DNA from: Podarcis cretensis
Taxonomy: Eukaryota
Reading direction: 5' to 3'
DNA length: 64,000 nucleotides
Assembly (NCBI GenBank): GCA_951804945.1
Contig: OX638156.1
Span: forward strand, 29,388,001-29,452,000
The position numbers were made by a program, and so were the translations under genes. This document shows, piece after piece, positions 1 through 11,183 of this stretch (position 1 is the first letter of the stretch; each line of letters begins with the position of its first letter). A model generated the notes under the pieces. It saw only the letters and a list, made by a program, of their open reading frames with translations, was not told the origin of the DNA and did no database searches.

Positions 1-247
1 TTTTGTACACATGTATGTATCTTTATATCTGCCAACAAACACAACTTACTGCATCTGACAAAGCAGGTTTTAGTCACCATAGAAGTGATACACTTTAAAG
101 TACAATATGCTTTCTTGTTTTTAATATACTATGCTAACAGAGCTAATGTATCACTCTATATGCACAGTTTTATTCAATTAAACTAAAGTGGGCTTTTAAC
201 ATGCGCAAATTTACAAATGAGGAGAATCCACAACACTGCAAGACTTA

Positions 248-376
<129 letters not shown>

Positions 377-606
377 CTAGGAGAGAAAATGAAATTTGTT
401 TCTCAACTTCTGTTTAGTTGTGTGGCTTTAAATGCATTAATTGCATTTGAAGTGAGAAGAATTTATTTAAACCTATTCTTATATCACTTACCATTTACAA
501 ATAAAGCTCAAAGACATTTCTAAAAATACATTAAAACCATTTTTAAAAACAACACAATGTTACAAATATCAGTAAGAGAATAAAAGATAAAATCAGACAC
601 ATAAGG

Positions 607-712
607 AAATAAACACAAAAGCAGCACACAAATGTAGCTGAAATACTGCTAGGAATGTGAAATAAACACAAAAGCAGCCCACAATTGTAGCTGAAATACT
701 GCTAGGGATGTG
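607..712. repeat. 53-bp tandem duplication (2 copies) in TMEM50A intron 1
   Basis: aaataaacacaaaagcagc...ctagg(a/g)atgtg at 607-659 and 660-712, few mismatches. Confidence 0.9.
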
Positions 713-1052
713 AGAAATGCAATGTTCAAATGTTCCAAAGGAAGTTAATACTTCACTTACAATCAAGGATAGCCAGAAAACAAAGCAACACAACCTCACA
801 ATTGGAAAGCTGAATTCCCAAGAGGTGGGAATTCAACATGGGGTGGGGGAATATACTTGTTTAAGGGAGAAGAGATGAGAAGGATTCTACTGTACTGCAC
901 TACACACAGGGGATGGATGAAAGGACCTGAAACTGTACAGCTAAGCCACAGCTACCTTGCCCTGTGTTGTCTGGCGATTCTTAGTTATATTACATTAATA
1001 ATCAGGCTACCACCCAAACACCATAACTAAGAATTAATCTCATCAAAGCAAT

Positions 1053-1108
1053 TGTTGTTGTTGTATAGTCGTTTAGTCGTGTCCAACTCTTCATGACCCC
1101 ATGGAACT
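1053..1108 (-). mobile_element. Extremely 5'-truncated BovB/RTE-type 3' end
   Basis: Reverse complement of the 3' tail seen at 42595-42643; (CAA)n tail; TSD atcaaagcaat at 1042-1052 and 1109-1119. Confidence 0.8.
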
Positions 1109-1191
1109 ATCAAAGCAATAGTTTGTAATAAGTTCAGCCTTCCCTAATTGGATGGTCTCCAAATAGTGCTGAGATTCCAATTTCCACCATC

Positions 1192-1313
1192 CATGGGCGT
1201 AGCCAAGGAGGGGCAGCTCCCCCGCCCCGGACAAGTAAAACTATGGAAATACTTAGCTGACCCATCATGTCAGTTCTGCGCCCCCTCAAACAAAAATCCT
1301 GGCTATAGCCATG
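1192..1313. mobile_element. hAT-type MITE
   Basis: TIRs catgggcgtagcca / tggctatagccatg; 8-bp TSD ccaccatc/ccaccacc. Confidence 0.7.
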
Positions 1314-2249
1314 CCACCACCCCTGTGTTGAATGAAGCTTCCTCCCAAAAAAGTGTGTGCAGGGCAGTTCTGTGCATACCTTCTTAAAATTCAGTAACCT
1401 TGAACATACTGGAGCTACTCCTGAGTAAATTTACCGTGATTTAACCTGCAGGTCAGCCAAAGAACCTACTAGTAGGTTATACAAATCTCAAGAATTAGAT
1501 GGGAGCTGGATATCTCCTGCCACCCACCCACTTGCAGGGGAAGTGCTTTCATCCTGGTGGTCCCTGTGCCACCCAAACCCCCCAGAGATCATATTATGGG
1601 TCAGAGGCGGCGAACAAAAAGTCATCCAAAATAGATGAAACTGGCGAATTGATGGATGGCAGATCAATCCAAACAAAAGCTCTATTAAGGCTGGGAAACA
1701 AATCCCATTCAACTGAAAGGGATCCATTTCTCAAAGTAAAGAGGATGGTACTGGCCAAATGATGGCTGGATACCCAATCCAAGTTTCTAAGCTAAGGCTG
1801 CCGCTCTAAATCCACTTCCTGAGGAGCACATCCCACTGATTTCAATGGGGCTTGTGAGTAAAACTGACAGGAAGGCAACTACCATAAATGTGCTTTTTGA
1901 GGAACAGACCCCACTGAATTCAGTGCAAAAGAGATGGGGAGGGCTAATTTGGAAGGCTGGACAGGCCAGCTCCAGGAAGGCTGCTGTGGAAAACGCATTT
2001 CCTCACGAGTAAACCCCACTGAATTCAGTGAGGCTTTCCTCCAAGTAAAGCGGATGGCAACGGCCAGTTTGGAGGCTGGGTGGCCCAGCTCTGTGGGAAG
2101 GATGCGATCTAAAATGCGCTTCCTCGGGAGCAAATCCCACGGAATCCAAGGGGAGTGAAACGGACGGCGAGGGGGAAACTGATGGAAGGCCGTCGCCCGA
2201 AACACACTTCCGGAGGATGAAGTCCCACGGAACTTATTGGGGCTTGGAA

Positions 2250-2720
2250 TAAAGAAGCTGAGCCTCGGCGCTGCACGGCGGCGCTCCCCGCTCTATCTCC
2301 AGCCCGACACCCCCCTGTGGGCCCAGCGGCTGCCCGCGAGATACGCAGCTCCCGTCTCCCTCCTGGCCGCCCCACCCGCCTCAGCGACGCCCAGTCAGCA
2401 CTTACTTCGCCTCAGAAGCGCTCTTGAGACAACCGGCTCGAAGGGAAAAGCCGCCGCTGCCGCCGCCCTGGCTCAGCTGACCGACTCGCCTCCAGCGGAA
2501 AGAAAGCCGAACCGCCCCTTTTCCGTACCAAGTAAACAAAGACACGGGCTTAGAACCCGGATGCTGAAAAGGCCGAAGCTACGGAGAAGGCGCCTATACT
2601 GCGCAGGCGCTGCGATGCTAATGGCTGGGCTCGGGCAAAAAAAAAAAATGGAGCAGCTAAGTCCGCTCATGCGCACTGGTGCCCTTCATGGTCGCAAATG
2701 TCTTGGAGCTGGTTGCGCTT
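2250..2720 (-). promoter_or_regulatory. TMEM50A CpG-island promoter
   Basis: CpG-dense; NRF1-like tgcgcaggcgc (~2600) and catgcgca (~2668); ETS-like gcggaa. Confidence 0.7.
2406..2530 (-). other. TMEM50A: TMEM50A non-coding exon 1 (5' boundary approximate)
   Basis: Minus-strand donor GAA|gtaagtg at 2406/2405 inside a CpG-rich island upstream of exon 2. Confidence 0.7.
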
Positions 2721-3719
2721 GATTCTAAATGGGAAGGCGGCACTGCTTTAATAAAAGAAGTGTATATTTATTAACGTTTTACTTTTCAAAACTCGCAATC
2801 ATGCAGAATAATAAATGAGCAAACTTGCTTTATTGGGGTTTTAGCGTGGTGAAACGTTATATAAACGTTATATAAACCGGGGACAAGAATGGTGCCTGGT
2901 GTAGAAGCTGTGCGCGCGCGCGCGCCTTGTTCATTCGGAGTAAAGGCAGGGCTTAATCGCAGCACGATTTGGTACCAGCATCTCTTTCCCCGCCCCAAAG
3001 GGGTATAATTAAAAGTTCACGTTCTTTCAAACTCAGGTCTTCCAACTAAAAAAGCAGCGTTATGCCGGTAAAATATGAAAATTAATAATATCTGAATTGA
3101 GTCAGAACAGTAATCATGCAGATGCACAGAAGGAGCGGGTATACATTCATGCCTAGATTTGTTCCCCTTGTGTGTTTGGGGGGAAAAGCTGAATTTTAAA
3201 GTGTGAAAACAGGAGCACTCCGGACAAGTTTGCTCTGGGTCGCGGAAGGATGCAGTTAACCACTAAAATGATGTATTTATTACACTGACTAACTTCGCAA
3301 AACAAAACGTAGCTTTTGTCTTGTCATCAATAAGCTAACATCAGAAGAGCCTGTTGGATCAGGTCAACGGCCCATCTAGTCCAACATCCTGTTATTTCAG
3401 CAACTGGTATTCCGAAGCATTACTTCCCCCGATCGTGGAGACAAGAGTATTGGCATCCTGGCTAATCCAGGAGTCTAATTCTCGTACGAAGGCGAGCCAT
3501 CCGAGCTGGGAGATTTATAACCTAAAAAACACAATTTCGATATGTACTGTATAACATAGCGGGCGGAAACTGATGCGTGCAGAACAAGCGCATACATGGT
3601 TACTCGGAAGTAAGGCCCAAAGTGTTCGAGATGGCTTCTGTCCAGGATAATGTGCAAGCAAAGATCGAAGATGAGGCTGAAAGCGCCTTACGACAACCCT
3701 GCAATATAGCCCAGTTAGC

Positions 3720-4000
3720 GCTCACTATACCACGGATCCTTCCGGCGGAGGAGGCGCCTCCCGATCTCTATGGCTACCGCCCAGTGTTCTATGCCCTACC
3801 CTCAATTCCGAACTGCGCTTGCGCGCTAGCGCCAATGTTACGTTACAAACACATACTGTAATCCCTCCTCCTCCTGCCCCCTCCCTTCGTAGGTTGAGGA
3901 TCTGGAAGCTTCTGCGCCATTTCAGTTGGTCTCGGGCGCCATAACAAGCCGGTCGACCTGGCGGCGGCTGTTGACTGTGGAGCGATTTTAACGCTGTTTG
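3720..4000 (+). promoter_or_regulatory. RSRP1 CpG-island promoter/TSS region
   Basis: CpG-rich; NRF1-like tgcgcttgcgc (~3813); YY1-like cgccattt (~3916) and cgccata. Confidence 0.65.
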
Positions 4001-4157
4001 TTGTTCGGGGGAAGTCTGTGTGATTTTTTAATTTTTTAAAAAACGCATCTGACGACATATTTGAGAGAAAACCGAGCGAGCTTTATTACTTTTTGTGGAG
4101 ATTTCCGAGCGTATTTTTGTTCTTTCGGCACCTTCCCTTCGTTTCCTTCTTCCGGTC

Positions 4158-4231
4158 ATGGCGGTTACCAACGAAGGTGGGCTCTCCCCTCAGGCACCAC
4201 CACAAAGCCAGGGCCCATCCGCCTGGTACCA
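4158..4231 (+). CDS. RSRP1: RSRP1 candidate coding exon 1 (MAVTNEGGLSPQAPPQSQGPSAWY, phase 2)
   Basis: gtcATGG Kozak context; donor CCA|gtgagt; phase matches exon 5760-5818. Confidence 0.6.
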
Positions 4232-5759
4232 GTGAGTCTGAAGCGATTTTTTCCCTCTTATTTTCGCGCGGGGAGGGGAGAACTAAAGGCTGTGAGGCGA
4301 AGCGGGGGTATTTGAAGGAGACTCTGGAGGCAGTGAGGCTGCTAACACGAGCTTTCTTAAGGCTTCCTTGCTCCTGCGAGAGAGAGAAGCGGGTCAATAT
4401 TGGCCTCTTCCCGAGGGGGGAGGTACAGGCTGACACGGGTTGGCGTCGGATTGACCCATCAGCTGTGAGGACAAAGCGGAGGAGACTCGAGTTTGCCATC
4501 CAGAGCTACTTGAAGGGCGGGAGGGGGGAGAGGAAAAACCCGTAACAAATAAACCTGTTATTGGTGGCAGGAAGGCTAAGGCCGATAGGGCTCACGACAA
4601 CCCTGTTAGGTTAAAAAATATATATTTAAAGTGAAGCTTTTGTAGGTGTACGAAGAGTATCCTCGTCGGATTGTGCTGCCAGCCCTCTTTGCTTCCAAAC
4701 TCGCTTTTGTGGTTTGGCATTTCTTTAACTTGTTCGGAATTGTAACCAGACAAAACCAAGGAAGTAATTGTAGTTGTTCAGGGTCATTTCTTCCCGCCCT
4801 TGGTGTTCCCCCCTGTTTGTTAATTCCCTTTCCCATAATCCGTTTTGGGACAGTAAGATCCTTGGAGGCAGGCAGAAACCTCTCGTCTCTTTGTATGCAA
4901 GGAATGCAGTCGTGCCCATGATTCTTAAGAAGTAAGCAAAGCCCTGTTTCCTTCAGTAGGGCTCACTTCCTACTATGTATTGTTCACGGGTGTGGCACTT
5001 GGCGAAAGATAATAAAGGGCTTGGGAAAAGGCTGCCAGCTTTAAGTGGGGGGGGGGGAGTGCACGCGTTGGATTACAGCTAATTAATTGTACACTACCCT
5101 AGTCTACTGCTTGAAGTAAAGTAGTAATTTATGCTGTCAAGTATGTTTTTGAACAAACGTGTCTTTTGTGTAAACTACCATGAGAGTTCACAAGGGCAGT
5201 CTAGTTTTTCCATACCCCCCTAAATTAGAACAATAAGCTGTCAGAAACAGCCAAATCCCATGTATGTTTCCCAAAGATAAATGTCCAAAGCAGTCTTGAA
5301 TGCTTCCTTTGAAATCAGCAGGGTTTAGTGGTGGTTGGCATTGACAGGATTGTGCTATTTTTTAGGCACTTGCATACTGAGCACCATGAGTCCTTTTTTG
5401 AAAAGCCCAGTAAAATCTGCTTTCTGTTAAGGAGGCTTTTGGAGAAAGTAAAATTATACAGTGTGTGATTAACAATAGAGATGACGTTTTATCTGGGAGT
5501 AAGCACTGTTGAAGATGGGAGTAAAAATGCTTAGGAAAAGACTAGTAACTTGATCCTAACACTTTGAGTATGTTGAAAGTGCATCAAATTCACAGTACAG
5601 TGTCGCTCAGTATTATGCCCATATTGCAGGGGAAGGACCTGAGAAAGTATTAATTTTTCTGTAGAACGAACTGAAGGATAATATTGTAGCTCTTCTTAAA
5701 TTCTAATAAAATTTATTTTAAAAAAGAACTGACTGAATGGTTGCAACTCTTGTTCATAG

Positions 5760-5818
5760 GAATCCACAGGAGAACCATGGAAGTCCTGAGCAGAATGGGA
5801 GTTTTTCAGCACCTATTG
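5760..5818 (+). CDS. RSRP1: RSRP1 candidate exon 2 (Q-NPQENHGSPEQNGSFSAPI-G)
   Basis: Acceptor ttgttcatag|, donor TTG|gtatgt; phase 2 in, phase 1 out; open and in frame with the exon at 6548. Confidence 0.6.
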
Positions 5819-6547
5819 GTATGTTGCTTATGGGAATGTATGTCTAGTGTTTGGCTGATTATGTTTTATATCTAAAATGTTTCCACCCTATTTAATTAGT
5901 TGTCTGCAATTCAAAGGTGCTTGCTGAATTAGGTGATTCAAGGCTCCAGACAGAACCTTCTTCCTGTATGGTTTGCTAGTGATAAATATTCCTCTATTTA
6001 AGGCATTAGAATAATTTTCATACTTTGTGGTAGTAATACAGTACAGTCAATATTTTTGCTTTAATTATTAATAAACACAAATTAACTAATAAAACTCTTA
6101 ATGAAGAGAGCAGGATCATAGAACAAAAGTGGTTTGAAGAATTAAGGAAACATAAGTGATTATACCCTAGTATGATAGATCCAGTGTGTTGTAACTAAAA
6201 TGGCTGCTGTTATATAACAGCAGCCATCTTGATTGTTAAATACTTCATATTGCATACAGTTGAATGCCTCCAGCTCCATAGTAGCTCAAAATACTAATTT
6301 GACCGTTCTGTGATGTGAGTGGAGCATTAGCTTCTAGAATTCAAGCATTTTTGTTTGAAAGGAGGTTCTATGGCTGTCAAATGAAAGATCTGAACCATGC
6401 CACTTAAAATCTTTGAGGCATAAGGTTTTTAATAATGCTTCCGAGTTGACTTGGAAGAAACATTATGCTGTTATGACATTGTCATAGTTCACAATAGCAG
6501 AAGTTTAAATCAAAACTTCTATCTATCCCTCCTTCTCCTAAACAAAG

Positions 6548-7144
6548 GAACGGGAACTGGGCAACTGAAAGCAGAAGGCACAAGTTTGAAAAATACCGAA
6601 AAGCAAAAATCTAGCAAGAAGACAGATGAGATGACAGTCTTTATGGATGACTTGACTTTGAGTTCACCAAAAGAAAGGTCTCGTTCAAGGTCAAGGAGCA
6701 GCTGTAGCAGAAGATCATCTTCAAGATCATCTAGTAGGTCATCTTACTCCACAAGATCAAGTTCAAGCACTTCCTCTTCCTCCAGAAGCTGGAGTAGGTC
6801 AAGAAGCAGATCAAGATTACGTGCTAAAAGGAATTGTTCTTGGAGGTGCAGAAGGTATTCAAGATCTTATTCCAGAAGCCGGTCAAGATCACGTAGCTAC
6901 AAATACCGAGAAAGATACCATCCTAGATACCATAGGCGATACCGCCGCTCTCCTCCAAGATACAGATCACGTAGTAGGTCTCCTGGAAGACCATGCTATA
7001 GAAGATCTTACTCTAGAAGCAGGTCAAGAAGCCGAAGATACTATGGATTTGGAAGAACCATATATCCTGAGGCTTATAGAAGCTGGAGAAGCCGTTCTCG
7101 ATCAAGATCTCGCAGTAGAACCCCTCTTCGCTTGACTGAAAAAG
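6548..7144 (+). CDS. RSRP1: RSRP1 main RS-domain exon (ATG equivalent to the mammalian start at 6631)
   Basis: RS-rich ORF with [12 protein letters not shown] and [13 protein letters not shown], diagnostic of RSRP1; acceptor aacaaag|, donor AAG|gtattg. Confidence 0.93.
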
Positions 7145-7328
7145 GTATTGGCAGATCATCAATCTATATTGGTGGAGAAGCATACTAGGATATTTTCAAA
7201 CTTTGCTATAGAAAAAATATATCCCATCTTAGTTTAAAAAGTCCTGTCTAGAGACTTTTGCTGTACTTTCATTAACTGATAGAAGTAGAGAGTTCTTCTC
7301 CAAGAATAGCTGTACATTGAAGTTACTG

Positions 7329-7384
7329 TGGTTTGGTTTGGTTTGGTTTGGTTTGGTTTGGTTCAGTTCAGTTCAGTTCAGTTC
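7329..7384. repeat. Compound pentanucleotide microsatellite (GGTTT)n(CAGTT)n
   Basis: Seen directly in the RSRP1 intron. Confidence 0.9.
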
Positions 7385-7651
7385 CTGTGTTCAAATCCTT
7401 AGTTGGTTGTAGAATCACTTGATGTGTTTGGGAAGTCACTGTCTCAATTCTTTAGTGTACTGTCTTTGAAAATCACCTCTACCCCCAAGTATAAATTTAG
7501 CTTTTCTGCTCAGTCATCACTAACTTCCCTTTATCTTGCACTGTGGAACTTTTCTGAATTCCTTTTTTGGTGCTTTCAGTTAGTTTTCTATTGCATTTTA
7601 AACCCATGTCACCTAGAGGGCTGAGTACCTGCTGTTGTTTATTTGTTTTAG

Positions 7652-7800
7652 AAAAAAGAGAGCTACTGGAAATCGCAAAGGCCAATGCAGCAAAAACTTT
7701 GGGGACAGACAATGTGGTCCTGCCAGCCAGCTTGAAAATTGGTACAATATCAAAAGAAAGTGAAAGCAGAAAGCCAAATGAGGAGAGTGTAAAGACTATG
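7652..7800 (+). CDS. RSRP1: RSRP1 exon encoding EKRELLEIAKANAAKTLGT...KTM
   Basis: Conserved ELLEIAKxNAAK motif; acceptor gttttag|, donor ATG|gtaagt; phase 1 in, phase 0 out. Confidence 0.92.
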
Positions 7801-8259
7801 GTAAGTGAAATGGTTATTCAGATGCTAAAACTAAATGCTTTGAAAAACTACATAAAAAATAGAGCTAGCCTTGTTTCATCAATTGAAAATAAATATTTGA
7901 AAATATTTTCAAAATGTAGTTAATATTTTTCAAGTTTGGAAACCAAATGGCAGATGTCAAATCTTAGCCTGTTGAGGTAAAGTTACCAAGTAATCCTAAA
8001 CATCTGAGTTCTTTGAAAATGTTCTGAGATTTCCTAATGATTAAATAATAAAATAAATTACATATTTTACTAGCTCTTCAATTTGCTAGTTGGGGTCCTT
8101 TTTCATACGTTTTGCTGACCCAGATAAGGCTAATTTATATGGATGTTAAATTTCAAATGGTGTTCTAATACCTGTCAAATTGTGATGCAACAAAAAGTTC
8201 CCAGAAATTCTTTATCTGGACACACAGCGCATTTTACATGCTTTATTTCTGTCTTATAG

Positions 8260-8303
8260 AAATCATGAATATGGTCTCCAGCACTGATGAAGAAAATCTG
8301 GTG
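8260..8303 (+). other. RSRP1: RSRP1 candidate poison (PTC) cassette exon
   Basis: Polypyrimidine tract + tag| then AAA TCA TGA in frame with the upstream exon; donor GTG|gtaact. Confidence 0.65.
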
Positions 8304-9667
8304 GTAACTAAGTGATTGTGGGCTGTAGCCAAGCTAACTTAGGGGAGGGAAATAAAAGCCAAGTTAGCAAAAGCTGTATTATATTACACACTTTCCAGAA
8401 GATTAGAAAGCTTTTACACAAATGAAATCCTATGGTACTCACTGTGAAATATCAGGGGCTTGTTCCATTTCAAAGTTAAGCAGGAATTTAGACAACTATA
8501 AAATGGTATTGTTAGCTCTCCCAGATGTGAAGGGGAAGATCAGAAGAATCGGATTTCACTTGCAAACAAGATCGTCTAATCTTTATGAAGCTGATATGTC
8601 GGAGTTAATGATGTAACAATTATTATGATAAAAATATTACACTTCATCAGTTCATCTTCCAAATTATCTAGTGAACACAGCATTAAGGAATGAATGAGGT
8701 TATACACAATATTTTCTGAAAACAGCAAAGATGAACTCCCCTCTTCAGTAGGCATTTATGCCTCACAATGAAGGAAAGAGCAGGGAATAGCCTGTTAGTC
8801 CCACACTTTTTGTTGCACTCTCTGTTGTTTTATCAAGCAGTGCGAAGGGAACTTGTAGTGAGCCTTCTCTTCACGTATTGGCTCCCCACATGCCCTGGAA
8901 AATTGTAATGGGGGGGGGGCACCTAGATAGGAGTCAACCAAAGGCGCATACTTTGAGTCTGATCCTAACCATGTTTATTTTAAAGCCTGATAGCTTTATT
9001 GTTGGTTATTTTCAGATATGCAAGTTTAGGATTACAGCTGTAGTGTGTTAGAACAGATTTTGTTCTTTCCTTTGAGCTATGTGATTAGGTATAAAATAGA
9101 CCTTCCCTTTGAACAACCCAGAAAAAAATAACAGAAAATGCCAAAAAAGGGATCTGAGACTAGTATTACAGTGCAGGACAGTGCCTTTCTTGTACCTCTG
9201 AGATCAATAAATTGAATGTATGTATATATATATAGAGAGAAAGAGAGTAGTTTATAGTTCTATTCAGAAGCAAGTACACAGAGTTCAGTGGCACTTCCTT
9301 CAAAATAAAAACATGCTTCCAACCTTTCATGTGAAAACTTAAATATATAAAAAAAGACAGAATTGGTATAGGGGTCTGGAAAAACAAATCCTACATCACT
9401 ACTAATATGGTGCACATTGCAATAATGGATTTTTGTGGAGATTTGATTTCTGATATATGATCTATTTTTAGATATTTTAATATGGATTGTGTAAACATCA
9501 CAAACCTTAAGAGTGGGGATAGTGAAACTGTGACCCTCCAGATACTGTTTAATTCCCAATTCTGTCTCAGCCAGTGAACAGGGATTATGCGGGTTATAAT
9601 TTCACATCTGGAGGGCCACTGGTCCCCTATCCCAGTTACAGATAAATCAGCTTTAAATCTGCTTAGA

Positions 9668-9805
9668 ACAGGCATAGGCAAACGCAGACCCTCCAGTTGT
9701 TTGGGACTACAATTCCTATCATCCCTGACCACTGGTCCTGTTAGCTAGGGGTGATGGGAATTGTAGTTCCAAACATCTGGAGGGCTGGAGTTAGCCTATG
9801 CCTGG
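9668..9805. mobile_element. Palindromic squamate MITE (ccctccagatgtt...aacatctggaggg family); related copies near 9511-9632, 19410-19558, 23440-23696, 24870-24990, 26185-26278, 33855-33965, 50820-50885, 54135-54270
   Basis: Terminal inverted repeats caggcataggcaaac / gttagcctatgcctg and internal dyad symmetry; recurs many times in the window. Confidence 0.75.
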
Positions 9806-9999
9806 CTTAGAAGCATAGGACAGGTAGCAATGTGGAGAGTGCTCTAATAGGAATTGAACGTTTTAGTCCTTACCTATGAGCTTTAAAGATTCAAGTATGG
9901 AAGTTTGCACAGGAATTGATCTTTAAGCAGCTCTGTATGTCTTCATACATTGTTCTAATTGGATTATATCTTACAATTTATGTTAATTTTATTTTTCAG

Positions 10000-10193
10000 A
10001 ATGCATTGTGGCAGGGTCACTGGCCCTAAAACCAGCAACTGTTCCTTTTAAAGAATCCACACTGTCCTCAGGAAAAGACAAGAAAAAAGAGACCCCATCT
10101 GGTCAATGGATTCCTGTTGGGAACGAGGAAAATGTTATGTTCCATAACATTTCACCTAAAAGTACATCCTCTAGAGCATGCCAGTACCCATGA
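10000..10193 (+). CDS. RSRP1: RSRP1 terminal exon, coding part (...KKKETPSGQWIPV...), phase problem noted
   Basis: Strong acceptor tttttcag| at 9999/10000; TPSGQWIPV resembles the RSRP1 C-terminal SPYGxWIP motif but needs a phase-1 upstream donor. Confidence 0.55.
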
Positions 10194-11163
10194 TCTGTTT
10201 GAGCTGTTGAGGCATTATGGGGTTTGAAATCCTCTCAAAATTCAGGGTTTAAATACAGAATGCTTAAAACTGTATTAATTTGAGATTTGGTTTATTTTCC
10301 AGATATACTATGGGAGTTATATAGAGGTCCAGAAATTACAGGTTGGAATCTTACATTTCTGTAAATAACTTTTCATGTGGCTGTAATAGACTAAATTACA
10401 GGTGGGTAACTTTTCTCCTTGTGAGTCATGTAGCAACTTCTAGTGTTTAATGTGAGTGTAGCTTAATTACTGTACTACATATAAAATTATTTTTTCTACA
10501 CTTTTAATACTTTTCAAGTCAACACTTTAAAAAGTGTGATTTATGGCTCCTGGTGGTAATTCAGCTGGCTTGTGTAGCTTCCCACATTCCTGTTTAACCT
10601 GAACACGACCATATTTTGCAAGTGGCAGAAGGATAAGCAAAGAAAATTCTACTTGTGCTCTTGAAGTGGCAAAACTTTGAATTTTCAGTTGCACAAGGTT
10701 AAAATATTTTTTGTCTGCTGTCTTGTTATGGAACCAGCATAATTGCTCTCATGTTGCACTTTTAGTTAGAAGTAAAACATTTGCAATGTCAGCTATGACC
10801 TTCTGAGCTTGTGCATGTTCCAAGTACAACTGCTAAGAGCCTAGTGCTAGATATATAAATTCAGGTTTTTTTGTAGTTTGCCCCAAAGGCTTATAATGTT
10901 GTAATGCAAACATAAGGTAGAATTTAAGTAGGCTGCCTTTCAAGCAGAAGGGTTTGGTTGGGGCAAAGTGTATGTCAGATGAAAGTAGGTATTAGGTAAT
11001 CCCTATATTGTATGGATGTGTTGCTATTGCTAAATGTGATTAGTTGATACGACATTTAAGGAGAAAGCTAGATTTTGTGACTTGACTTAAAAGCTAGAGA
11101 TAAGATCACTTGCACAAGCAGCACCTTTCTTTTAATATGCATAAAACTGGACTACGTGTATAA

Positions 11164-11183
11164 AATAAAAACTTTTAAATAAA
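11164..11183 (+). terminator. Candidate RSRP1 polyadenylation signals (two AATAAA)
   Basis: AATAAA at 11164 and 11178 at the end of an AT-rich 3' UTR, followed by a tgtgtg element. Confidence 0.55.

Noticed and set aside
2237-2722. 161-aa + strand ORF and other ORFs in the CpG islands (e.g. 4093-4545)
   Set aside because: GC-rich promoter sequence with few stops; no recognisable protein; overlaps first exons of genes called in other frames or strands
6451-6547. N-terminal part of the 245-aa ORF (MEETLCC...)
   Set aside because: Starts at TTG and lies upstream of a clear polypyrimidine tract and acceptor at 6547; intronic read-through
6821-7135. 104-aa alternative-frame ORF inside RSRP1
   Set aside because: Typical shadow frame of RS-repeat codons (DQD/EAG pattern); non-ATG start
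8590-8660. Possible intronic snoRNA in RSRP1
   Set aside because: No convincing C/D box pair with terminal stem or H/ACA architecture
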